A DNA stretch of 64,000 bases from an uncultured Gammaproteobacteria bacterium (GCA_902559355.1 CACEHM010000001.1:145829-209828); one strand, 5' to 3'. Shown: positions 14,010 to 23,855, counted from the stretch's first letter. Numbers and translations are program-made. Notes: generated by a model from the letters alone, not told the origin.

Positions 14010-14146
14010 TGAATAGAATTTACAACATCATCATAGATAAACTTGTAATGTCTGTATCAATCGTTGTACTTATTATTTACCTTTCGTTTTATTTTCTCAC
14101 ATTATGGTGGATTTTTTCAAAGATTATAAAAATGAGTATATCTTAA
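14009..14146 (+). CDS. small single-TM hypothetical protein (45 aa)
   Basis: Manual translation MNRIYNIIIDKLVMSVSIVVLIIYLSFYFLTLWWIFSKIIKMSIS; TAATG overlap with the upstream ORF. Confidence 0.5.
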   Translation: MNRIYNIIIDKLVMSVSIVVLIIYLSFYFLTLWWIFSKIIKMSIS

Positions 14147-14225
14147 TGTATAACTAGTTAAGGTGATTAATATAACCACCCTAACAAGCCTTTTTGCTTT
14201 ATAGAGCCATATGATTTTTACTAAA

Positions 14226-14254
14226 GTCTGGTATCATTCTACAAAACAATATAA
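14226..14254 (+). repeat. direct repeat copy 2 (immediately before the cyoE ATG)
   Basis: GTCTGGTATCATTCTACAAAACAATATAA. Confidence 0.9.
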
Positions 14255-15145
14255 ATGAGCACTAAAACTAGAAATACGAATTCGATTTTATTTGATTTAA
14301 TTGCACTTACCAAACCTCGTGTAAATTTCTTGATTATATTTACAGCTATTGTAGGCATGCTACTTGCGCAAGACTATAACTTAGATTATCACTTAATGTT
14401 CTATGCTAGCATTGGAATTTATTTAGCTGCATCTGCAGCTGCAGTTATAAATCATATAGTTGATCAAAAGATAGATGCAATTATGGATAGAACTAAAAGT
14501 AGGCCTTTGATTAAGGGGAATGTGACCACGAATCATGCGATTTACTTTTCTTTATTTATCTCTGCACTCTCTACATATATTTTATTTGAATATGTAAATA
14601 CAATCACGACCATACTTACACTTTTTTCTATTATTGTTTATTCAATTATTTATTCTGTTTATCTTAAAAACTTAACTTCTCAAAATATTGTTATTGGGGG
14701 TATCGCTGGAGCTATGCCACCATTACTAGGTTGGACAGCTGTTACTAATGGAGTGAGTGAATTACCATTATTACTATTTTTAATTATTTTTCTTTGGACA
14801 CCTCCTCATTTTTGGGCTTTAGCAGTGTATAAACAAGAAGATTACAGTAAAGCAAATGTACCGATGTTACCGGTAACACATGGCGCTGACTTCACGCGCC
14901 TTCATATTTTCTTATACTCAATATTGTTGTTTTGTATTACATTGTTTCCCTATCTTCTTAATCTTGTTTCTTATATATATTTGATATCTGTACTTATATT
15001 AGGTGGTAAGTTCATTTATGACTCGTATGATTTATATTTAACTAAGAACGAGAGGAAAGCTTTTGAGCTTTTTAAATATTCAATTTCTTATTTAGCTTTA
15101 CTATTTGCTGCATTGTTAGCAGATCACTATATTTTAATGCTTTAG
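14255..15145 (+). CDS. cyoE: protoheme IX farnesyltransferase (heme O synthase)
   Basis: LTKPRV, DAIMDRTKSRP, QNIVIGGIAGAMPPLLGW, FLWTPPHFWALA. Confidence 0.97.
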   Translation: MSTKTRNTNSILFDLIALTKPRVNFLIIFTAIVGMLLAQDYNLDYHLMFYASIGIYLAASAAAVINHIVDQKIDAIMDRTKSRPLIKGNVTTNHAIYFSLFISALSTYILFEYVNTITTILTLFSIIVYSIIYSVYLKNLTSQNIVIGGIAGAMPPLLGWTAVTNGVSELPLLLFLIIFLWTPPHFWALAVYKQEDYSKANVPMLPVTHGADFTRLHIFLYSILLFCITLFPYLLNLVSYIYLISVLILGGKFIYDSYDLYLTKNERKAFELFKYSISYLALLFAALLADHYILML

Positions 15146-15146
15146 A

Positions 15147-16007
15147 TTAAGCTAGTAGTATTGTTTCTTTCAAAGTGTTGAGGGACTTTTCCTCAATTTG
15201 CCTAATTCTTTCTTTAGAAACACAATATTTTTTTGATAATTCATCAAGAGTAGGTTTTTTCTCTGATAGAAATCTTTGTAAAATAATGTCCCTACTTCTT
15301 TCGTCGAGTTTATTTAGTGCAAGATTGAGTTTCTTTGAGCTATCATCATTAGAATCTTGTCTTTCAAGAACTGATAACGGGTTTGTGTTTTGTGTTAAAT
15401 AACCAGCTGGCGCATTCTCATCTTCTTCAATAGGATCAAATGCTACATCTGTACCACTAAGACGGCTTTCCATTAATTTTACAGTCTTGCTATCAACGTT
15501 TAATTCAGAAGCAATATCGTTAGCTTCTTGTTCAGACAACCAATTCGATGATGTTTTTTTGCTTCTTAATTTGAAGAAGAGCTTTCTCTGAGCTTTGGTA
15601 GTAGCAACTTTAACTATTCTCCAGTTTTTTAAAACAAATTCATGTATTTCAGCTCTAATCCAATAAATTGCAAATGATAGTAGTCTAACTTTTTTACTTG
15701 GATCAAATTTCTTGACAGCTTTCATTAAACCTACATTCCCTTCTTGGATAATATCTAAAAGAGGTAAGCCATAGCCTTTATATGATTTAGCTATATGCAC
15801 TACAAATCTTAGATGAGACATAACTAATTTACGAGCTGCATCTACATCTTCTGAATTCTGCAATCTGTGAAATAACTCTTCTTCTTGTTCTTTAGATAGC
15901 AGAGGCGTCTCTCTTAATTGTGCTAAATAGTAATTTAGCGCGTCCGATGACTCTAGATCTATCGCGACTTCTTTAGCAACTGCTTTTGATGTAAGGTTTT
16001 TATTCAT
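15147..16007 (-). CDS. rpoH: RNA polymerase sigma factor RpoH (sigma-32)
   Basis: SHLRFVVHIA, DIIQEGNVGLMKAV, RpoH box QRKLFFKLR, ERIRQIE. Confidence 0.96.
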   Translation of the reverse strand: MNKNLTSKAVAKEVAIDLESSDALNYYLAQLRETPLLSKEQEEELFHRLQNSEDVDAARKLVMSHLRFVVHIAKSYKGYGLPLLDIIQEGNVGLMKAVKKFDPSKKVRLLSFAIYWIRAEIHEFVLKNWRIVKVATTKAQRKLFFKLRSKKTSSNWLSEQEANDIASELNVDSKTVKLMESRLSGTDVAFDPIEEDENAPAGYLTQNTNPLSVLERQDSNDDSSKKLNLALNKLDERSRDIILQRFLSEKKPTLDELSKKYCVSKERIRQIEEKSLNTLKETILLA

Positions 16008-16127
16008 AATTCTCAGCTTTAATTATAGTTATTGAATACCTTATTTCAAGTAATTGATATCAAAAAAAGCCTAAATCCGTACATATATAGTGGTCGATAT
16101 AGTACTATTTTTTGGTATTATTGTTCA

Positions 16128-17459
16128 ATGCGAATAATTAGTCACATATTTATAGTTACAACTTTTATTTTGTTTGTTCCAATGGCGTATTCAGAAATTA
16201 AATTTTCTGATCGTGTAGAAACCTATTCATTAGAAAATGGGCTGAAAGTTGTGCTTATTGAAGACACAAGAAGCCCATCTGTTGTCAACAGCATATGGTA
16301 TAAAGTTGGTTCTAGTGATGAGCAAGCCGGAAAAACAGGTATCTCACATATTCTTGAGCACATGATGTTTAAGGGAACTGATAATTTAGAGCCAGGAGAA
16401 TTTTCTTTAATCGTAAAAAAAATGGGTGGTACTGAAAATGCCTTCACGAGCAAAGACTTCACTGGCTATTTCCAGAAAGTCCATATGTCTGATCTTGAAA
16501 AATGCATAGAGCTAGAATCAGACCGTATGCAAAACTTGAGATTACAAGATAAAGAACTTAAGAGTGAAATTGAGGTTGTGAAAGAGGAGAGAAGGCTTCG
16601 CACAGACGATAATCCAATATCCAAGACATTTGAGAAAATTATGTTGAATGCTTATGGGATGAATGAATATGGCATTCCAATAATTGGAACAATGGAGGAC
16701 ATTAACAGCATTACTAAAGAAGATTTACAAAATTGGTATGATTTATACTATCAACCTGATAATGCGATTGTAATAATTGCTGGTAATTTTAATAGCGATG
16801 AAGTTAAAAGATATCTACAAAGATACTATGGTTCAATTAAAAATATAGAAAAAGATAAATATAAAACTGGAAAAAATGATTTTCAACCTAAACCCTCATT
16901 TACTGTTTATGACAAGGTATCTAAACCAATACTCTTTCTATCATTTATAAAACCAAAATTTAATAAAGATAAAATGAAAGAGCTTTATGCACTAGATCTT
17001 TTTATTGAAATTATGGATGGAGGATATTCATCGCGACTAACAAAAAAATTAATAAATGATCAAAAAGTTGCATTAGATATTTTTATTTCTAATGATACTT
17101 TTAATCAACACCCTAACCTCATTATCATAGGCGGAACACCAAGAGGCGACATCTCACCTGATGATTTTAAAGCTAGTGTGCTTAATGAACTCTCACAACA
17201 GTCTATTAATAAAATTACCATTAATGAATTGAATAATGCTAAAGCGAGAATTAAGGCCAATAGCGTATATAAATTTGACTCTGTTTTTTATCAAGCTATG
17301 CAAGTTGGTATGCTGGAGACCAAAGGAATTAGTTGGGAGAATCTAGATAATTATAGTTCTATAGTTGAATCAATTACGCTAGATGAGGTTCTAAAGGCTG
17401 GAGAAATATATTTTTCGAATGACCGTTTACTTACTACTGTTCTTAGGCCAAAAAAATGA
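16128..17459 (+). CDS. M16B family zinc peptidase, catalytic subunit; probable start ATG at 16128
   Basis: Signal peptide, WYKVGS, HILEH (HxxEH), NAFTSKDFTGY, VKEERR. Confidence 0.92.
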   Translation: MRIISHIFIVTTFILFVPMAYSEIKFSDRVETYSLENGLKVVLIEDTRSPSVVNSIWYKVGSSDEQAGKTGISHILEHMMFKGTDNLEPGEFSLIVKKMGGTENAFTSKDFTGYFQKVHMSDLEKCIELESDRMQNLRLQDKELKSEIEVVKEERRLRTDDNPISKTFEKIMLNAYGMNEYGIPIIGTMEDINSITKEDLQNWYDLYYQPDNAIVIIAGNFNSDEVKRYLQRYYGSIKNIEKDKYKTGKNDFQPKPSFTVYDKVSKPILFLSFIKPKFNKDKMKELYALDLFIEIMDGGYSSRLTKKLINDQKVALDIFISNDTFNQHPNLIIIGGTPRGDISPDDFKASVLNELSQQSINKITINELNNAKARIKANSVYKFDSVFYQAMQVGMLETKGISWENLDNYSSIVESITLDEVLKAGEIYFSNDRLLTTVLRPKK

Positions 17460-18733
17460 AACAGATTATATTGTTCATAACACTATTTTCGTCGACAATA
17501 TTATTTGCTAATCCTAAAATTAGCTCAGTAGCTAGTAACAATAATTATCTTTTTGTTCAATTGGAAACACTTCCTATTATTGATATAAATATTACTTTTA
17601 ATAGTGGCAGCTTTAATGATGGCGAATTAAAAGGACTAACTAATTTGATGCTTAATACTATTATGTCTTCAAATGTAGATAATAAAAAAATTATAAGTTA
17701 TTTCGAAAATGTCGGCGCTAAACTTTCTTACAGTACTGGAAAAGAATCATTATCGATAACTATAAGAACATTAAATGATATTGATCAAGCTTTAGTTCTT
17801 ACAAATATAATCAATAATGCACTACGTCTGGAAAAACTCGATAGTAATGTTCTAAAATTAGAAAAAGATAGAATATTAAGAAATATAGAAGATTCTAAGA
17901 AGCGACCAGCTGCATTATTGACTAGTTCAATATCTGCCAAACTTTTCTTAAATTCAGGACTAGCTCATCAAGTAATTGGAGAAAAGGAATCGGTTAATAA
18001 AATTACAGATATACAAATTATTAGCCATGCGAATAAAGTTTTTAATTTAGAAGATATTGAGATTAATATAGTTGGGGATATCACGGAAAGCAATTCCAAG
18101 AAATTAATCAGTTCAATAACAAACAAACTTTCAACTAATAGAACCCTCAAAGTGAGTGAATACAAGATGCAGTCCTCTGATTATCATACTGAATTTGATT
18201 CAACACAATCTCATTTAGCTATTATAATTCCTGCCATAAAAAGAGAAGATCCTGATTATCATAATTTACTGGTTGCAAATTATATTTTTGGAGGAAGTGG
18301 ATTTGGATCTTGGTTAATGGAAGAAATCAGACAAAAAAGAGGCTTATCATACTCTGTCTACAGTTATCTTGCATCTACTAGAGAAGAAGGCTATTTGAAA
18401 ATATCTTTACAAACTAAAAACGAAAATCTCTCTTTAGCAAAAGAGATTATTGCTGCACAAATAACTAGGCTTAAAAAATTTGATGTATCAGAGAAAGAGG
18501 TTGAAACTATCAAAAAATCTATATTGAGAAGTTTTGAAATGAAAACTGATACTAATAAAAAAATATTAAATTTAGTATCTGCTATTAATAATTTAAATCT
18601 TGATTGCAATTACTTCGAAAACTATAAAGCCAAACTAAATCAAGTTTCAAAAAGTACTATTCAAAATGCTTTAATTAATTCAATAGATTTTAATAATATC
18701 TCGACTATATCTGTTGGCAAAACTATTGAATAA
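17456..18733 (+). CDS. M16B family peptidase, non-catalytic partner subunit
   Basis: No HxxEH; FGGSGFGSWLMEEIRQKRGLSYSVYS; signal peptide. Confidence 0.88.
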   Translation: MKQIILFITLFSSTILFANPKISSVASNNNYLFVQLETLPIIDINITFNSGSFNDGELKGLTNLMLNTIMSSNVDNKKIISYFENVGAKLSYSTGKESLSITIRTLNDIDQALVLTNIINNALRLEKLDSNVLKLEKDRILRNIEDSKKRPAALLTSSISAKLFLNSGLAHQVIGEKESVNKITDIQIISHANKVFNLEDIEINIVGDITESNSKKLISSITNKLSTNRTLKVSEYKMQSSDYHTEFDSTQSHLAIIIPAIKREDPDYHNLLVANYIFGGSGFGSWLMEEIRQKRGLSYSVYSYLASTREEGYLKISLQTKNENLSLAKEIIAAQITRLKKFDVSEKEVETIKKSILRSFEMKTDTNKKILNLVSAINNLNLDCNYFENYKAKLNQVSKSTIQNALINSIDFNNISTISVGKTIE

Positions 18734-19292
18734 TAAATTAAAGATAATATCTGGAAAATATAAATCCCGCATTATAACTATACCTAATAAAAGCAACCTT
18801 AGACCAACAAAAGCATTCATCAGGGAGAGTTTATTCAATATAGTTAATTTAAATATATGTAACAACTCTCTGGATTTGTTCTCAGGAAGCGGAATCTTAT
18901 CCATTGAAGCTTTGTCTCGAGGTGTCGATAAAGCAATCTTGGTTGAGCAGGATTCAGACTTAGTAAAATGTATTAAACAAAACTTAATTCTACTTGATGA
19001 GAATAACGCTACAGTTTTTAACAAAAAGGTAAGTAAGTTTCTGAAAGATAACGATTCTAATGCATTCGATGTTATTTTTTTAGATCCTCCATATGGTACA
19101 AATTTATTAGATGAAACATTAAATTTTCTTAAAGATTATGAGTATTTAAATCATAATAAGTACATATATTTTGAGACATCTAAACAAGACAAAAATAACT
19201 ATTTAAAATATCTCACCAATACTCATGATGTGCTGAAAAATTTGAGTATTGGAGATGTAAGTTATACAATCGCGATTAATAAGAAGTTATGA
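18714..19292 (+). CDS. rsmD: 16S rRNA m2G966 methyltransferase
   Basis: IISGKYK, LRPT..RESLFN, LDLFSGSG, EALSRG, FLDPPY. Confidence 0.94.
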   Translation: MAKLLNNKLKIISGKYKSRIITIPNKSNLRPTKAFIRESLFNIVNLNICNNSLDLFSGSGILSIEALSRGVDKAILVEQDSDLVKCIKQNLILLDENNATVFNKKVSKFLKDNDSNAFDVIFLDPPYGTNLLDETLNFLKDYEYLNHNKYIYFETSKQDKNNYLKYLTNTHDVLKNLSIGDVSYTIAINKKL

Positions 19293-19768
19293 ACATAAAA
19301 GCTATATATCCAGGGACTTTTGATCCAATTACATTTGGACACGAGGACCTTGTCAAAAGAGCATCAAATATCTTTGAATCAGTAATTGTAGCCGTTGCCT
19401 ACAAGACTCAGAAAAGTACACTTTTCAGCTTTGAAGACAGATTCGATATGTGCCAAGAAGTTTTAAAGAAATACACAAATGTTAAAGTTATAAAGCTTGA
19501 TAAATTGACAGTCGATCATGCAAATGAATTGGGCGCTAAAGTAATGTTAAGAGGACTCAGAGCTGTGTCAGATTTTGAATACGAAGTTCAACTATCTAAT
19601 CTCAATAGAGCTATGAACCCAAAGATTGAGAGTATATTTTTAAGTCCAGATGAAAAATATAGCTTCATTTCATCATCGATTATAAAAGATATAGCTAATC
19701 ATGGTGGTGACTTGAAAAAATTTGTAGATGAATATGTTGAAAAAAAACTTATCGAGAAAACTTTTTAA
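19289..19768 (+). CDS. coaD: pantetheine-phosphate adenylyltransferase
   Basis: YPGTFDPITFGH, RGLRAVSDFEYE, ISSS. Confidence 0.97.
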   Translation: MNIKAIYPGTFDPITFGHEDLVKRASNIFESVIVAVAYKTQKSTLFSFEDRFDMCQEVLKKYTNVKVIKLDKLTVDHANELGAKVMLRGLRAVSDFEYEVQLSNLNRAMNPKIESIFLSPDEKYSFISSSIIKDIANHGGDLKKFVDEYVEKKLIEKTF

Positions 19769-19769
19769 A

Positions 19770-21026
19770 TTATCTCTTCATTGATTCAAAGAATTCAGAG
19801 TTAGTCTTTGTAGATTTAAGCTTATTTAACATAAATTCCATAGCATCCAATTCATCCATAGAATGGAGAACTTTTCTAAGAATCCAAATTTTTTGAAGTT
19901 CGTCTGGTTCCATTAATAACTCCTCCCTTCTGGTACCTGAACGGTTAATATTGATAGCTGGATATATTCTTTTTTCAGCGATTCTTCGATCCAAATGAAC
20001 TTCCATATTACCAGTGCCTTTGAATTCCTCATAAATCACTTCGTCCATTTTTGAACCAGTATCTATAAGCGCTGTTGCAAGGATAGTTAAGCTTCCGCCT
20101 TCTTCAATATTCCTAGCTGCACCATAAAACTTTTTTGGTTTCGTAAGAGCATTGGCATCTACGCCACCAGTTAATACTTTACCCGAAGATGGAGCAATTG
20201 TGTTATATGCTCTTGCTAAACGAGTAATAGAGTCGAGAAGGATAATCACATCTTTTTTATGCTCAACAAGTCTTTTTGCTTTTTCAATAACCATTTCCGC
20301 AACCTGAACATGTCTATTCGCAGGTTCGTCAAATGTACTTGCAACTACCTCGCCTTTCACCATTCGTGACATTTCTGTGACTTCTTCTGGTCTCTCATCA
20401 ATTAATAAAACTATCAAATGTGAATCAGGATTGCTTGCAGAAAGGCTCTGTGCAATATTTTGCAACATAATTGTTTTTCCAGCTTTTGGTGGAGAGATAA
20501 CCAACCCTCTCTGACCTTTACCTATTGGCGATGCTATGTCTATTAACCTTGCAGACATATCTTCTGAACTACCATTACCTTGCTCTAGTCTCAACCTATC
20601 ATTAGCATGCAATGGCGTTAAATTCTCAAACAGGATTTTATTTTTTGTACTCGATGACGTGTCTGAATTAATTGTATCTATTTTTAATAGCGCAAAGTAT
20701 CTCTCACTCTCTTTAGGAGGTCTGATTTTACCCTGAATCGTATCACCTGTTCTCAATGAAAACTTTCTTATCTGACTAGGTGATACATATATATCATCTG
20801 GTCCTGCTAGATATGAACTGTCAGCAGATCTAAGGAACCCAAAACCATCTTGTAGTATTTCTAAGACTCCTCCGCCTGAAATATCTTCACCACTTGATGA
20901 GTGACTTTTGAGAATAGTAAAAATAACATCTTGTTTTCTGAGTCTGCCAACATTGTCAGCACCCATTTCTTCGGCAATTTTAACTAACTCTTGTACTGGT
21001 TTTTGTTTTAGTTCGGTTAGATTCAT
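19770..21026 (-). CDS. rho: transcription termination factor Rho
   Basis: [35 protein letters not shown]. Confidence 0.99.
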   Translation of the reverse strand: MNLTELKQKPVQELVKIAEEMGADNVGRLRKQDVIFTILKSHSSSGEDISGGGVLEILQDGFGFLRSADSSYLAGPDDIYVSPSQIRKFSLRTGDTIQGKIRPPKESERYFALLKIDTINSDTSSSTKNKILFENLTPLHANDRLRLEQGNGSSEDMSARLIDIASPIGKGQRGLVISPPKAGKTIMLQNIAQSLSASNPDSHLIVLLIDERPEEVTEMSRMVKGEVVASTFDEPANRHVQVAEMVIEKAKRLVEHKKDVIILLDSITRLARAYNTIAPSSGKVLTGGVDANALTKPKKFYGAARNIEEGGSLTILATALIDTGSKMDEVIYEEFKGTGNMEVHLDRRIAEKRIYPAININRSGTRREELLMEPDELQKIWILRKVLHSMDELDAMEFMLNKLKSTKTNSEFFESMKR

Positions 21027-21028
21027 AA

Positions 21029-21352
21029 TTATAAATTCTTATCTAGGAAACTTGCCAGCTCGCTTTTTGATAATACGCCAACGCTTGTATCAATCTTTTC
21101 TCCATTTTTGAATAGTAATAGAGTAGGTATTCCTCTTATTCCAAATTTTTGTGTATTAGATGGATTATTATCTATATTGAGCTTTACAAATTTAACTCTG
21201 TCCGAGTAATCTTCCGCAACTTCATCTATTACTGGCCCTAAAACTTTACATGGACCACACCATTCTGCCCAAAAATCTATAAGTACAGGTTTATCTGATT
21301 TTAAGACTTCTGAATCAAAATTATCATCACTAATATCTATTGCATTACTCAT
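21029..21352 (-). CDS. trxA: thioredoxin
   Basis: [16 protein letters not shown]; trxA-rho synteny. Confidence 0.98.
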   Translation of the reverse strand: MSNAIDISDDNFDSEVLKSDKPVLIDFWAEWCGPCKVLGPVIDEVAEDYSDRVKFVKLNIDNNPSNTQKFGIRGIPTLLLFKNGEKIDTSVGVLSKSELASFLDKNL

Positions 21353-21494
21353 ATAACGTCTCCACTGAAATATAACTGATTATTGAATTTTTACGGTTTG
21401 ATTTGTAACTTTGAGTATCATTATGATTGAATAGTTTCGATACTATGTCAAGTTATTCTTTAGATAACATTTAGAATAATTCTGATAACATATC

Positions 21495-21938
21495 TTGAAT
21501 ATGAAAATATCTAATCAAAAATTAGTAAGTATGACTTACTCTATACATGAAGGCACTAATCTTCTTGAAAATGTTGATACACCTGTAAGCTTTATTTATG
21601 GTAAAGAAACAAATTTATTACCCATTGTTGAAAATTCTCTAAAAGGTAAAGAAAAGGGAAATGAATTAACCATTGAAGTAAGTCCTGAATTAGGATTTGG
21701 TGAAGTTGATGAAAACTTAATATTTGTTGACTCTACAGATAATGTTCCAAAAGAGTATTCGAAAATTGGAATGCAAATTGATTTTGAAAATGATAAAGGC
21801 ATGAAAAGAAAGTTTCGTGTAACAAATGTAGATAAAGATAAAATCACTTTCGACGGCAACCACCCTTTCTCGGGCAAGACTTTAGTTTATAAAATTAAAA
21901 TTATAGATGTTGCAAACACAGAAGTTGTAAAAGATTAA
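21495..21938 (+). CDS. FKBP-type peptidyl-prolyl isomerase (SlyD-like, no His-rich tail)
   Basis: SPELGFG, DGNHPFSGKTL. Confidence 0.85.
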   Translation: MNMKISNQKLVSMTYSIHEGTNLLENVDTPVSFIYGKETNLLPIVENSLKGKEKGNELTIEVSPELGFGEVDENLIFVDSTDNVPKEYSKIGMQIDFENDKGMKRKFRVTNVDKDKITFDGNHPFSGKTLVYKIKIIDVANTEVVKD

Positions 21939-23855
21939 TTAAATTAAACTCATGTTTAGAACACCATCCATCTTTTCAGCCATTTCTGATTTACCTGTTC
22001 TGCTATCCCCTATAGTTGCGATTGTAATATCAACTTCTTTTGGATTACCGTCAACTCTACTTCTCTTTTCAACTGCTGCTTCTTTGATAAGTTCAATCAT
22101 ATCATGTGCAGCTCTTTCTGGGCCATGGTGTTCAACTAAATTTCTATCATCAAAACCTCCATTTTTTAAGACCTCGTCTGTGCTCTCCTTGTAGACACCT
22201 GCCATTAACATACTGTGTGCCACACCTATTTTCATCTCCCCTTTATTAACTCGCTTGTTGAAGTTTTTGAAAAAACGTTCTTCTATCTTTTCAAATTTGT
22301 CACAAAGATCTTTATGTTCTGGGAGATCATTCCAGTTATCGTCTTTCAATAGAGGAAAAGGATTTGCCCAATAACTTATTTCAACATCTCCCCTGTGAGT
22401 TTGAGTACTTCCTGCTGCAACTCTTGCACCTTTTCTAAAGTGATCAAGAGCATCATCAGGTTTCATATCAGCTTTCATGCATGATTCGCCCAAGGGTATG
22501 ATTTCATAATTATTTAAATACAAAAGGATATCTAGCTCTGAACCTGTGGCAATTTCAGAATAGTCAGTAACAGGTACTATCTGTCTAGCGTTAGTTCCTG
22601 AGTGTTTATTGTATCCAATTTCTCTTCCTTCCATTTGCATTTTCGCATGCTCACTAAAGCCATCTAAACAAGCAAAAGCACCTGTTTCCGTCCCATAGAA
22701 ATATGGTATCTCTTCACCTTTATTATTTTTCTCTAGAATTGCTCTTCCCATATCGTCTGCTTTTATAAGTGAGTCAAAAATATAAGGCTCATTAGTTTTT
22801 TCATCAAAACGAACGACGTACCTTGTTGCTCCGCAATGAAGCGGAAGATTCCCTTTTAAAATACATAGAACATTATGCAATGTAAGCATTGGTTTTTTTC
22901 CATAACCAAAATACTGACATTCATCTAATCCTGGGATGACACCAACTAGCAAATCATTTTCTTTATCATGAAAATAACCAAGATCATCCATATCAGAATT
23001 TGGACAACCTAGAACAAATATTCCATCAACTTGTTTTTGAGTTACATTTTCGGTCTTTGAGTAAGGAAATAAATTTAGTAAACCTGGTTCAATTTCTATA
23101 TACCCAGGAGTTTTGTGTATGTAGCATAAAATATTCCATGCTCCTATTTCAAAAGGAATAGCAATATACTCTTCAGGATTAAAACTATCTTTCTTAAAAG
23201 GATTATGACCTAGCTCAAAAAATGGAAATGCGCGTTTATTAGCATGAGTTGTATAATATACTCCAGTCCTCATATCTGCAGTTGATGTAACAGGTACTTT
23301 TTTGAGAACAGCATAATCATTTGGCAGCTTTACAGAATTTCCAGGAATTTCTCCTACAGCAACATTGGGGTGGCATTCCAGACCTTGAGATCTTCTAATA
23401 CCAGAACCAAATCCGACTTTTACAAGCAGTATCCTTCTAGTTTCAAGAATTAGCTCAGATAATTTGTCAGCTTTGTTAGATACTTTATCTTTAATTATTT
23501 CTGAACTAGTTCCATTTAAATTTTCGTCAACAGGCAATATTAATCTTGCATAAGTCTTTGTTCTATAGTGATGAAATGCACCATCAAGGAATTGTACGCT
23601 TGCTCTGTAATCTCTGAGTTGATCACCCGAGAAAGGAGTTGCCCCTTTTATGATATCGATATAGTCTTCTGGCTTTATACCTTTTATAAATGTAATTCTG
23701 TGTTGGAGCTCTTCTTTTAGATCTTTATCTTCTCGTTTCATTAATTCTGAAACAAACTCTTTTTTGTAAAGCTCTAAGTATCTCGCAAAAGACTCACTTT
23801 TAAGTAACTGTTTGGGAGTTTTACAGATTTCCCTGATTTCTAACATTTCATGCAT
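21939..23855 (-). CDS. divergent phosphoenolpyruvate carboxykinase-like protein with a C-terminally relocated P-loop
   Basis: Y315-FGYG-K320K321, LPLH340, AD367D368MG, GTE390TGAF, NAR424; the Walker A-like GDSRTGKS is at residues 616-623 instead of between His and DD. Confidence 0.7.
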   Translation of the reverse strand: MHEMLEIREICKTPKQLLKSESFARYLELYKKEFVSELMKREDKDLKEELQHRITFIKGIKPEDYIDIIKGATPFSGDQLRDYRASVQFLDGAFHHYRTKTYARLILPVDENLNGTSSEIIKDKVSNKADKLSELILETRRILLVKVGFGSGIRRSQGLECHPNVAVGEIPGNSVKLPNDYAVLKKVPVTSTADMRTGVYYTTHANKRAFPFFELGHNPFKKDSFNPEEYIAIPFEIGAWNILCYIHKTPGYIEIEPGLLNLFPYSKTENVTQKQVDGIFVLGCPNSDMDDLGYFHDKENDLLVGVIPGLDECQYFGYGKKPMLTLHNVLCILKGNLPLHCGATRYVVRFDEKTNEPYIFDSLIKADDMGRAILEKNNKGEEIPYFYGTETGAFACLDGFSEHAKMQMEGREIGYNKHSGTNARQIVPVTDYSEIATGSELDILLYLNNYEIIPLGESCMKADMKPDDALDHFRKGARVAAGSTQTHRGDVEISYWANPFPLLKDDNWNDLPEHKDLCDKFEKIEERFFKNFNKRVNKGEMKIGVAHSMLMAGVYKESTDEVLKNGGFDDRNLVEHHGPERAAHDMIELIKEAAVEKRSRVDGNPKEVDITIATIGDSRTGKSEMAEKMDGVLNMSLI

